From contig CM059431.1 of assembly GCA_030390025.1 (NCBI GenBank), positions 100,318,001-100,382,000 on the forward strand: a stretch of 64,000 nucleotides of DNA, read 5' to 3'. Positions 1 through 11,300 of this stretch are shown piece after piece. The notes below the pieces were generated by a model. It was not told where the DNA came from and made no database searches. It was given only the letters and a program-made list of their open reading frames with translations. The translations under genes were made by a program, and so were the position numbers. How positions within the stretch are numbered: the first letter of the stretch is position 1; each line of letters begins with the position of its first letter. The DNA is from Squalus acanthias (lineage: Eukaryota).

Positions 1-924
1 AGGAGCTTCCTTCTGCCTCACACTCACAGTGGTCGGGGCCTTTGTGACACACCCCACAGCTCTCCACCTTGCAGCTCCGAGCGATGTGTCCAGACTCGCC
101 GCAATTATGACAGTACAAGTCCGGACAGCTTCTTACAAGATGGTCATGTCCAAGACAATAATAACAAACCTTCACTTGGTTATCACGCAGTACCCGGAAG
201 TACTGAACTCCTTCCATTGTCTCGAATTTCATGCTGTACGGTAATGACTTCACCCCCTCTGGGAACCGCACCTTTACGTAACGGGTTCCAGCTGCTACCC
301 GTGTTCCTGGATAGTATCTCCTCTTTATTGCCGAGAAAATTTTAATGTCCCACGACTCCAACTTTTTGTTAGCACATCGTCCTCAATATAAACTGGCAAG
401 TTTAAGAATGAGACCACCACCTCTTCCGAATATAGCAGAGATACCTCCAAGAACTTATCACCAACCTTCAAACTGAGTAAAAGTCTTTCCACTTCCTCTC
501 GGCCACTGAGCGTCACCTCGAACCCAGCATTCGGCTTTGGTCGGCAGGCAAAGCAGCTTCCATCGCCACAGTCCTTATGTTCCGCCTGGATAATATCCCC
601 AGCTCGTATCTCCTTATCCTCGCACTGAACCACCACCATGTTTTCTTTTCCAAACCTCCTGGGGTCCCAGCCCAAATCTTTGGGCCTTTGTTTCTCCCTT
701 CCAACAACAGTTTCTCCCCTGATTAAATTCATCTTGGGAACACTGTCCTCTGAGTGGCCCGGCACTCCGGACCCCTCAGCAGCCATCTGGCTGCTGTTTA
801 AGGGCCAAAAAGGCCCTAAAACCTTGGGAAAAAAACCACCACCAACTTTTTACAAGCTCACTCCAACTCCCTGCAGTAATCAGGCAACCAGCAGCACCTG
901 CTCACTCCTAGCCCCTCCCACCTA
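1..924 (-). mobile_element. 5' UTR and ORF1 of a Tx1/L1-clade non-LTR retrotransposon (zinc-knuckle ORF1p), runs off the window start
   Basis: ORF 786-325 (VVVSFLNLPVYIEDD) continues after a 1-nt frameshift in the A-run at ~363-367 into IKRRYYPGTRVAAGTRYVKVRFPEGVKSLPYSMKF...CYYCLGHDHLVRSC..CHNCGESGHIARSC..CGVCHKGPDHCEC. Two canonical CCHC knuckles plus a third Cys/His cluster, typical of Tx1-type ORF1. Confidence 0.8.
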
Positions 925-954
925 GAGTGTGCTACCCACTGAGCCACAGCTGAC
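925..954 (-). mobile_element. First 30 nt (A-box region) of the tRNA-derived SINE head, truncated by the Tx1 element
   Basis: Reverse complement GTCAGCTGTGGCTCAGTGGGTAGCACACTC matches the heads of SINE copies at 16239, 19571 and 31200. Confidence 0.75.
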
Positions 955-1920
955 ACCTCTATTTTGAATTATGGCAGAGTACATCATTAAGACCTGTAGG
1001 GTTTACATCTTAGCTGCAGTGCTAACCAGAAATCACTTGTTACTTGGTTAGTTGAGATTTAGTCCACCTGTGAGATAGAAATCCATTTCTCCTAATCCAC
1101 TGGTTTTTATAATATATTTTCAAGGAGAAAATCTTCAATTTCATTGGTATTAAAGCACCTCTCCTGGGAAATGTAATGCGATTGCAAAAAGACATTTTGG
1201 ATCTATGATACTATTAGACGATAGTTAACATGTTTATATGAATTTTATCTTGCTATGCTATTTTAACAATGACTATTAACTCATTTACAATGAATTGCAC
1301 AGCACAAATTCATCCCAGTTATATCAAACAGTCGCTGATTTACCTCCACAAATGGAAATCAACTCCATTACTCACCGATTATAACAGCACCATCATCCGC
1401 CACCATCAGCCTGCTGCGGACGGCAATACATCCGGGAAGCAGTTTGCCGTTCCAGGTCTGAATGTGTACCACAGGACGGAGATGGGTTTTTTCCCCCATT
1501 CACGGGATGTGGGCGTCGCTGGCAAGGCCAGCATTTATTGCCCATCCCTAATTGCCCTCGAGAAGGTGGTGGTGAGCTGCCTTCTTGAACCACTGCAGTC
1601 CGTGTACAGATACAGGAAAATAGAGGAAGAGATATTATAATATTTTGTTCACGGGATGCAAATATGCTCACGAATGACAACATTGGAACATAAGAAATAG
1701 GAGCAGGAGTCGGCCATATGGCCCTTCAAGCCTGCTCCGCCATTCAATAAGATCATGGCTGATCTTCAACCTCAACTCTACTTTCCCGCCCGATCCCCAG
1801 ATCCCTTGATTCCCCTGGAGTCCAAAAAGTGACACTTTAAAAGGATATTTTTTCAACCCCCACCAAGTAAAACACTTGATGTGTGTTGGTTAGCACTTAA
1901 AATAACTAGAGTTGGAGCAA

Positions 1921-2915
1921 TGCCAGTGGCACAGTTGGTGGCACTCTTGCCTGAGTCTGAAGGTTCTGGGTTCATAAGCCCACTCCAGAGACCCGAGCAC
2001 AAAAGTCTAGGTTGACACTTCAGTGCAGTACTGAGGGCGCGCCGCACTGTCGGAGGGGCAGTACTGAGGGAGCACCGCACTGTCGGAGGGGCAGTACTGA
2101 GGGAGCACCGCACTGTCGGAGGGGCAGTACTGAGGGAGCGCTGCACTGTCGGAGGGTCAGTACTGAGGGAGCACTGCACTGTCGGAGGGGCAGTACTGAG
2201 GGAGTGCCGCACTGTCGGAGGGGCAGTACTGAGGGAGCGCCGCACTGTCGGAGGGGCAGTACTGAGGGAGCACCGCACTGTCAGAGGGGCAGTACTGAGG
2301 GAGCGCCGCACTGTCGGAGGGGCAGTACTGAGGGAGCGCTGCACTGTCGGAGGTGCAGTACTGAGGGAGCGCCGCACTGTCGGAGGGGCAGTACTGAGGG
2401 AGCACCGCACTGTCGGAGGGGCAGTACTGAGGGAGTGCCGCACTGTCGGAGGGGCAGTACTGAGGGAGCGCCGCACTGTCGGAGGGGCAGTACTGAGGGA
2501 GCGCCGCACTGTCGGAGGGGCAGTACTGAGGGAGTGCCGCACTGTCGGAGGGGCAGTACTGAGGGAGCGCCGCACTGTCGGAGGTGCCGTCTTTCGGGTG
2601 AGACGTTAAACCGAGGCCCCGTCTGCTCCTCAGGTGGATGTAAAAGATCCCACGGGCACTATTTTGAAGAAGAGCAGCGGAATTCTCCCCGGTGTCCTGG
2701 GGCCAATATTTATCCCTCAATCAACATAACAAAAACAGATTATCTGGTCATTATCACATTGCTGTTTGTGGGAGCTTGCTGTGCTCAAATTGGCTGCCGC
2801 GTTTCCTACATTACAACAGTGACTACACTTCAAAAAGTACTTCATTGACTGTAAAGCGCTTTGAGACGTCCTGAGGTTGTGAAAGGCGCTATATAAATGG
2901 AGGTCTTTCTTTCTT
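1921..2915 (+). mobile_element. tRNA-headed Deu-domain SINE (SacSINE1-like) with internal 33-bp array
   Basis: A/B-box head, Deu core GTGCCGTCTTTCGGxTGAGACGTTAAACCGAGGCCCCGTCTG...GTAAAAGATCCC, L2-like tail GTGAAAGGCGCTATATAAATG then (CTTT)n. Confidence 0.85.
2024..2585 (+). repeat. 33-bp minisatellite, ~17 units, inside SINE
   Basis: Unit AGTACTGAGGGAGCGCCGCACTGTCGGAGGGGC (STEGAPHCRRG). Confidence 0.95.
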
Positions 2916-3109
2916 TTTACTAATTAAGAACAGGATTATGTGGATAAACAGATAGAGATGATTGAATGTTATATGGACAGGATAATTCCCGAGTTGCTGG
3001 AAGCATGCGAATTTGATGCCAAAGATTTCCATGAGCAGGGATCACCGCAGGATGTAGAGTCTCTTCTGACATGGAAATTAATATTTTGATTTAGCATTAC
3101 AAGTCTAAA

Positions 3110-3873
3110 TGGGGCAAAAGAATCTAGGGGTACAGATGTACTAATCACTAAAAGTAGCAACACAGTACCTTAAAAACATAGCACACCAAGCACTCAGGTT
3201 AATTTCTAGGAGGATAGAATTGAAAAGCAGAGAAGAAATTTGTGTAGAACCTTGGTTAGACCACACTTGGAGCACTGTGCACAGTTCTGGCTCCATATAC
3301 CTTGGTTAGACCATACTTGGAGCACTGTGCACAGTTCTGGTCTCTATATTATAAAAAGGACATAGAGACACTGGAGAAAGTGCAAAAAATTTTTACAAAG
3401 ATGATACCAAAACTGAGAGGTTATAACTATCGGGAAAGACTGGACAGGCTGGGGCTCGTTTCTCTAGAAAAGAGAAGGCTGAGGGGTGACCTGATAGAGG
3501 TCTTTAAAATTATGAACGGGTTTGATAGGGTAGACGTAGAGAAGATGTTTCCACTTGTGGGGGAGACCAAAACTAGGGGCCATAAATATAAGATAATCAC
3601 TAATAAATCCAATAGGGAATTCAGGAGAAACTTCTTTACCCAGAGAGTGGTGAGAATGTGGAACTCGCTACCACAGGGAGTGGTTGAAGCGAATAGTATA
3701 GATACATTTAAGGGGAAGCTAGATAAACACATGAGGGAGAAAGGAATAGAAGGATCTGTTGATAGGGTGAGATGAAGAGGGGTGGGAGGAGGCTCATGTG
3801 GAGCATAAACACCGGCACGGACCAGTTGGGCCGAATGGCCTGTTTCTGTGCTGTACATTCTATGTAATTCTAT
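3110..3873 (+). mobile_element. CR1-type LINE 3' fragment (RT C-terminus and 3' UTR)
   Basis: VRPYLEHCAQFWS...RRLRGDLIEVFKIM...RRNFFTQRVVRMWNSLP; tail GGGCCGAATGGCCTGTTTCTGTGCTGTA..(ATTCTATG)n. Confidence 0.9.
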
Positions 3874-4057
3874 GAAATAATGAGCCAATAGAAGATGCTG
3901 CTTGTGAGACTCAACAAGTCAATTTCTGCTTTTATTACATGTGATTTTCACTGGTCTTTGAGAGATGGCATTGTGCAAATCTGTCCTCTTATTTTTGTAA
4001 AACAGAAAATCATTGCCCTTAGCTGTAATATACAAGGGGCTGTTATTCCTTATAATC

Positions 4058-4535
4058 AGCAACACTCAAGAAGCTCAGCACCATCCAGGACAAAGCAGCC
4101 CCCTTGATTGGCACCCCATCCGCCACCTTTAACATTCACTCCCTCCACCACCGGCGCACCGTGGCTGCAGTGTGTACCGTCTACAAGATGCACTGCAGCA
4201 ACTCGCCAAGGCTTCTTTGGCAGCACCTCCCAAACCCGCGACCTCCACCACCTAGAAGGATGAGGGTAGCAGGCGCATGGGAACACCACCACCTCCAAGT
4301 TCCCCTCCAAGTCACACACCATCCCGATTTGGAAATATATTGCCGATCCTTCATCGTCGCTGGGTCAAAATTCTGGAACTCGCTCCCTAACAGCACTGTG
4401 GGAGCACCTTCACCACACGGACTGCATCGGTTCAAGAAGGCGGCTCACCACCACTTTCTCAAGGGCAACTAGGGATGGGCAATAAATGATGGCCTTGCCA
4501 GCGACGCCCACATCCCATGAATGAATAAATAAATA
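4058..4535 (+). mobile_element. CR1/L2-group LINE 3' fragment (second family)
   Basis: IQDKAAPLIGTPSATFNIHSLHHRRTVAAVCTVYKMHC...WNSLP; the same family is at 52705-53257 (-) and 1495-1602 (-). Confidence 0.75.
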
Positions 4536-4962
4536 ACAATTTACTCGTTTATAGTGATTGACGAAATCAATATTACACAGGATTTGTGCTTTGTGAATCT
4601 TATTCTGCAGTTCCTCCTGTTATTCTTTGGAAACCAAAAATTGGTGGATTCCTTATTCATCATACAGCAACAACAACAACCTGCATTTATATAGCACCTT
4701 CAAAGTAGTAAAACGTCCCGCGGCGCTTCACAGGAGCGATTATCAAACAAAATTTGACACCAAGCCACATAAGGAGATATTGGAACAGGGTCAAAGAGGT
4801 CGGTTTTAAGAAGCGTCTTGAAGGAGGAGAGAGAGGTAGAGAGGTTTAGGGTGGTTCCTTCCACAAAAGTCATTGATAATTTATACACAAGAAAAGCAAA
4901 ACTATTGATACATTTACGAGATTTAGTGGTGACTTACTTTCTGTAGGAGGGTAAACATCTAG

Positions 4963-6251
4963 GGGGTTATTTTGGTGGAAGGGTGAAAACAGGTGCTAAA
5001 TGGGCGTGGTGCTCATAAGACACGCCTGTTTGAAAGTCTGGTTTTAGCAGCGATTTTGGTCCTAATTGCTGATTACCATCATTTTAACGTGGCTGCAGGC
5101 GCTAAAACAGACACCTGCAAGTTTAGCACTCAAGCGCTGATTAGACGCAATTTTGGTGGAGCAGTGTATCTGGGCTCCTCGCACCCACTCCCACTGAAGA
5201 TGTGGAGTGGGCTGGCTGACACACAGCGACAGGTTTCAGGATGGCTCAGGGACCGAGTTAGAGGGCGCACAGGTTCTCGGACACGGCACTGGAGGTCCTG
5301 GTGGAGGAGGTCCCGAGGAGGAGGGATGTCCTGTACCCACCGGGGGGGTGAGGGGGAAGGGGTCTACCTCGCCCTCCTCTCGCTCTCTCCTGCTGGGGCT
5401 GTTCTGCCTGCTCTCATCTCCTCCTCCCATTCCTCCAGCGGACCAAGGGGAACCCCTATCAAAATGCCCATGACCAAGCACTCTCTTTCTCCTGGTGACT
5501 CCTAGAAGATGTCCAATAAGATGGAGTAGCACAGTGCTCACTCTTTTTAGGCAAAGTCCTCAGAGAATTTCCGGAATAAATGTTGATATTTTGGTGAAGT
5601 CTTGACAAAGTGTCCCAGAAAGTCTCCCATGTGTTTCAAAAGTCCTCTTCAAACCTCCAGCAGCAAGTGAACAGTAAAAGGTGACACACCTTTAAGTAGC
5701 GCTCGAAATCCTCAGCAACGACTTGTTTACTCCCAATCAGCTGATCGCTGTTAGGAGAGGGCGTTAGGCCAAGCGCTAGGCACCAAAATGCCTCGCAGCC
5801 TCCTTAATGAGCGCGAGCAGGCAATTTAAGTGGCAATCAGCTGCTCAACGATCCTCCGGGCGGCCATTCCTAGCGCAAGCTTCAACTCCTTTACCAAGAT
5901 GGCGTCTTGCGCTAAACACGGGCTGACGTAAGAAAACTACTAGGCACTTGGTCTAAGCGTTAAACAAAGCTTTAATCAACTGTTTTTCAACATGACGAAC
6001 TAGTTGTGTCCTTCACTAGTTCCTGTTAAAGAATGTCCTGAGCAAGCTGGGCCCATGCCCGAGTATTTATACTCTCCCTGGACAGCGCCACCAGCAGGCC
6101 GCCCAGTATTATTTCATAAGTCATTTCCACATGTATGACAAGATTCATGTCACGGGCTAAACCGGCATTTCAGCGCAAGACCCCACCTTGGCCACCTCGG
6201 AGGCTCTTCAGCGCCTGATCGAATCGTTGAAAATCGACCCCCCCCCCCCCC
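4963..6251 (+). mobile_element. Non-autonomous PIF/Harbinger-like DNA transposon with Myb/SANT-like stub
   Basis: Termini GGGGTTATTTT / AAAATCGACCCC with a 3-bp TAG (or CTA) duplication; from 5241 it encodes MAQGPS*RAHRFSDTALEVLVEEVPRRRDVLYP, resembling the start of Harbinger Myb/SANT proteins. Confidence 0.65.
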
Positions 6252-6869
6252 TAGTGTAAGTTGCAACTAAATAATTCATTGGCAGATGGTTCCTTCAATA
6301 AGCAATGAATGGAAAGAGATCATAATTGCAACACTGTGCCTGAGTGAAGACAAGATGCCCTTTGCTGTGGCACTACCTAATTCACTCAGAGAAAACAAAG
6401 GCCAGACCAGCGGGATGCTCTAAGTCAATAAAGGCCTAACGACTGATGCAACACTGGGCTGCCTTGGGTTTGACTACACTTTCAAAAAAAATAATGATAC
6501 CTTAGGTGTCTGGTCACACACATGTTTCATTGCCAGTCATTTCTGCGACCCACAACAGTCACAGCGTGAGAAAGATGAACACAACTGCTACTGAGAAGCC
6601 AAGGTAACCAAGCATAACAAACCTCCTCCGTCCTGACAGTGCCTTTAGTGAAATCTATGAAGGTAGCTTCAACCCTGAGTACAGAACCGTCTTTGTACCT
6701 TTCAGGGCATCCGAAAACATCTGCAAGAAATACTTTCTCCTGCCGTCTACAGCGGTAATTAGGCTCAAGTAACGGCAGCAATGGAACATTTAGAAAGGTT
6801 CTTTCACAGTATCTACAACCTTGGACAGAAAACAAATGAAATTATAAGATAAGGATGTTTACATTTAAA

Positions 6870-9527
6870 GAAAAAGAAAGACCAGAACTTTTCACAGCCT
6901 CAGGACGTCCCAAAGCACTTTACAACCAATGAAGTACTTTTTTTGAACTGTGGTCACTGTTGTAATGTGGGAAACGCGGCAGCCAATTTGCGCACAGCAA
7001 GCTCCCACAAACAGTAATGACCAGATAATTTTAGTGATGCTGGTTGAAGGATAAACATTGGCCAGGACACCAGGGATAACCCCCTGCTCTTCTTCGAAAT
7101 AGTGCTGCGGGATCTTTTGTGTCCACCTGAGAGAGCAGCCTTGGTTTAACATCTTGTCTGAAATACGGCAACTCCGACAGTGCAGCACTCCCTCAGTACT
7201 GCCCCTCCGACAGTGCAGCACTCCCTCAGTACTGCCCCTCCGACAGTGCAGCACTCCCTCAGTACTGCCCCACCGACAGTGCAGCGCTCCTTCAGCACTG
7301 CCCCTCCGACAGTGCGGCGCTCCCTCAGTACTGCCCCTCCGACAGCGCGGCGCTCCCTCAGTACTGCCCCTCCGACAGTGCAGCGCTCCCTCAGTACTGC
7401 CCCTCCGACAGTGCGGCGCTCCCTCAGTACTGCCCCTCCGGTGCGGCCCTCCCTCAGTACTGCCCCTCCGACAGTGCGGCGCTCCCTCAGTACTGCCCCT
7501 CCGACAGTGCAGCGCTCCCTCAGTACTGCCCCTCCGACAGTGCAGTGCTCCCTCAGTACTGCCCCTCCGGTGCGGCGCTCCCTCAGTACTGCCCCTCCGA
7601 CAGTGGAGCTCTCCCTCAGTACTGCCCCTCCGACAGTGCAGCGCTCCCTCAGTACCACCCCTCCGACAGTGCAGCACTCCCTCAGTACTGCCCCTCCGAC
7701 AGTGGAGCTCTCCCTCAGTACTGCCCCTCCGACAGTGCAGCGCTCCCTCAGTACCACCCCTCCGACAGTGCAGCACTCCCTCAGTACTGCCCCTCCGACA
7801 GTGCAGCGCTCCCTCGGTACTGCCCCTCCGACAGTGCGGCGCTCCCTCAGTACTGCCCCTCCGACTGTGCGGCGCTCCCTCAGTACTGACCCTCCGACAG
7901 TGCAGCACTCCCTCAGTCCTGCCCCTCCGACAGTGCAGTGCCCCTTCACTACTGCCTCTACGACAGTGCAGTGCTCCCTCAGTACTGCCCCTCTGACAGT
8001 GCGGCGCTCCCTCAGTACAGCCCCTCCGACAGTGCAGCACTCCCTCAGTACTGCCCCTCCGACAGTGCGGAGCTCCCTCAGTACTGCCCCTCCGACAGTG
8101 CGGCGCTCCCTCAGTACTGCCCCTCCGACAGTGCGGCGCTCCCTCAGTACTGCCCCTCCGACAGTGCAGTGCTCCCTCAGTACTGCCCCTCCGGTGCGGC
8201 GCTCCCTCAGTACTGCCCCTCCAACAGTGGAGCTCTCCCTCAGTACTGCCCCTCCGACAGTGCAGTGCTCCCTCAGTACTGCCCCTCTGACAGTGCGGCG
8301 CTCCCTCAGTACAGCCCCTCCGACAGTGCAGCACTCCCTCAGTACTGCCCCTCCGACAGTGCGGAGCTCCCTCAGTACTGCCCCTCCGACAGTGCGGCGC
8401 TCCCTCAGTACTGCCCCTCCGACAGTGCGGCGCTCCCTCAGTACTGCCCCTCCGACAGTGCAGTGCTCCCTCAGTACTGCCCCTCCGGTGCGGCGCTCCC
8501 TCAGTACTGCCCCTCCAACAGTGGAGCTCTCCCTCAGTACTGCCCCTCCGACAGTGCAGCGCTACTCAGTACCGCCCCTCCGACAGTGCAGCACTCCCTC
8601 AGTACTGACCCTCCGACAGTGCAGCGCTCCCTCAGTACTGCCCCTCCGACAGTGCGGCGCTCCCTCAATACTGCCCCTCCGACTGTGCGGCGCTCCCTCA
8701 GTACTGACCCTCCGACAGTGCAGCACTCCCTCAGTCCTGCCCCTCCGACAGTGCAGCGCCCCTTCACTACTGCCTCTACGACAGTGCAGTGCTCCCTCAG
8801 TACTGCCCCTCTGACAGTGCGGCGCTCCCTCAGTACAGCCCCTCTGACAGTGCAGCACTCCCTCAGTACTGCCCCTCCGACAGTGCAGAGCTCCCTCAGT
8901 CCTGCCCTCCGACAGTGCAGCACTCCCTCAGTACTGCCCCTCCGACAGTGCGGCGCTCCCTCAGCACTGCCCCTCCCACAGTGCGGCGCTCCCTCAGTCC
9001 TGCCCCTCCGACAGTGCGGCGCTCCCTCAGCACTGCCCCTCCGACAGTGCGGCGCTCCCTCAGCACGGCCCCTCCGACAGTGCAGCACTCCCTCAGTACT
9101 GCCCCTCCCACAGTGCGGCGCTCCCTCAGTACTGCCCCTCCGACAGTGCGGCGCTCCCTCAGTCCTGCCCCTCCAACAGTGCGGCACTCCCTCATCACCG
9201 CCCCTCCGACAGTGCGGCACTCCCTCAGCACCGCCCCTCCGACAGTGCGGCGCTCCCTCAGTACTGCCCCTCCCACAGTGCGGCGCTCCCTCAGTACTGC
9301 CCCTTCGACAGTGCGGCGCTCCCTCAGTACTGCCCCTCCCACAGTGCCGGCGCTCCCTCAGTACTGACCCTCCGACAGTGCGGCACTCACTCAGTACTGA
9401 CCCTCCGACAGTGCGGCGCTCCCTCAGTACTGCACTGGGCGTGTCAGCCTGGATTTTGTGCTCAAATCTCTGGAGTGGGACTTGAACCCACAACCTTCTG
9501 ACTCAGAGGCGAGAGTGCTGCCCACTG
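6870..9527 (-). mobile_element. Deu-SINE copy with very long internal 33-bp array
   Basis: SINE tail and Deu core 6870-7173; head 9436-9527 (GGGACTTGAACCCACAACCTTCTGACTCAGAGGCGAGAGTGCT). Confidence 0.85.
7174..9435 (-). repeat. 33-bp minisatellite, ~68 units, with higher-order blocks
   Basis: Unit CTCCCTCAGTACTGCCCCTCCGACAGTGCGGCG; source of the 480, 544 and 515 aa pseudo-ORFs. Confidence 0.95.
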
Positions 9528-9799
9528 GAGCAGAGCATAAAGATATCAGGATCTACAGTAAAAGGAGAAAAAAGGGTCTCTCCTTCATTCTTTAATAAAA
9601 CACGAAGAAATGCAGCATTTTAATGTAGAAGAAAATCCCGAGACACTTCACAGAAAAAATGGACACTGAGAAAACCGACCTCTTTGACCAAGCTTTTGGT
9701 CACCTGTCCGAATATCTCCTTATGTGGCTCGGTGTCAAATTTTGTGTGATTACGCTCCTGTGAAACACCTTGGGAAGTTTTGCTACATTAAAGGCGCTA

Positions 9800-10577
9800 T
9801 TAAATTGATATATTTTGGTAGGAAAAATGAGGAGAGGCAATATAAATGGTACAATTTTATAGGGGGTCCAGGAACAGAGACCTGGGGTTTATGTACACAA
9901 ATCTTTGAAGGTGGCAGGACAAGTTGAGAAGGCTGTTAAAATAGCACACAGGATCCTGGGCTTTATTAATAAAGGAATAGAGCACAAAAGCAAATAAATT
10001 ATGCTAAATCTTTATAAAACACTGGTTAGGCCCCAGCTGGAGTATTGGGTCCAATTCTGGGCACCAAACTTTAGGAAGGATGTCAAGGCCTTGGAGAGGG
10101 TGCGGAGGAGATTGACCAGAATGGTTCCAGGGATGAGGGACTTCAGTGATGTGGAGAGACTGGAGAAGCTGGACTCGTTCTCCTTACAGCAGAGAAGGTT
10201 AAGGGGAGATTTAATAGAGGTGTTTAAAATTTTGAAGGGTTTTGATAGAGTAAATAAGGAGAAATTGTTTCCACTGGCAGGAGGGTCGGTAACTAAAGGA
10301 CACAAATTTAAGGAGATTAGCAAAAGAACCAGAGGCGATATGAGGAAACGTATTTTTGTGCAGCGATTTGTTGTGATCTGGAATGCACTGCCTGAAAAGG
10401 AAACAGATTCAATAGTAACTTTCAAAAGTGAATTAGATAAATACTTGAAAGGATTCAAAATTGCAGAGCTACGGGGAAAGAGCAGGGGGGAGTGGGACTA
10501 ATTGGAGAGCTCTTTCAAAGAGCCGGCACAGGCACGATGGGCCGAATGGCCTCCTTCTGTGCTGTAGGATTCTATGA
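9800..10577 (+). mobile_element. CR1-type LINE 3' fragment
   Basis: MLNLYKTLVRPQLEYWVQFWAP...RRLRGDLIEVFKIL...WNALP; CR1 tail at ~10540-10577. Confidence 0.9.
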
Positions 10578-11300
10578 TTTGAGGCATTCGGGAACCAGGA
10601 GCCAATGTAGGTCAGCGAGGACAGGGGTGGTGGGCAAATGGAACTTGAAGTGGGATAGTGGCAGGGTGGGGGAAATCTGGAACTCTCTCCCCCAAAAAGC
10701 TGTTGAGGCTGGGGGTCAATTGAAAATTTCAAAACTGAGATTAACAGATTTAATTAGGTGAAGGGTATTAAGGGATATGGAACCAAAGCGGGTAGATGGA
10801 GTTAAGATACAGATCAGCCATGATCTAACTACATTACAACAGTGACTACACTTCAAAAGTACTTGGTTGGCTGTAAGGTGCTTTGGGACATCCTGAGGTC
10901 GTGAAAGGCGCTATTCAAATGTATCTTTCTTTCTAACTGACTGGTGGAACAGGCTTGAGGGGCTGAATGGCCTCTCCCTGGTCCTATGTCCCTGTGATAG
11001 GATATGGGCAGAGTTTTGGATGAGCTGTCGTTTACAGAGGGTGGGAGCTGCTCTTTTTTCCACGAAGCACGAGTGGAAATTAAATCTTTCCAAAAGTTAT
11101 CAAACGAGTCCTTGATTATGGAATGTACAGAATTGGGGATTGGGGCAAGCTGGAGATACCACCGTGCATCAGGAACACAAGCCCAGAAAAGAGACTGGAA
11201 TCAAAGTGACGCGGACTGGCCGAATCTTACTTTTCTTGTTTTGTGTCGTTACGTTCCAAGTAAGTTTGTCTAATAGTGGATTTTAAAACCAGGCAGAGTA

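Noticed and set aside
6527..6835. 102-aa minus-strand ORF in unique sequence
   Set aside because: No recognisable domain, non-ATG start, no convincing splice signals.
2024..9435. 33-bp repeat arrays as CRISPR arrays
   Set aside because: Units are head-to-tail with no unique spacers, lie inside SINEs, and the DNA is vertebrate with no cas genes.
6892..9493. 480, 544, 515 and 319 aa ORFs as mucin- or keratin-associated-like genes
   Set aside because: They are translations of the minisatellite, open in five frames at once, with no splice or promoter support.
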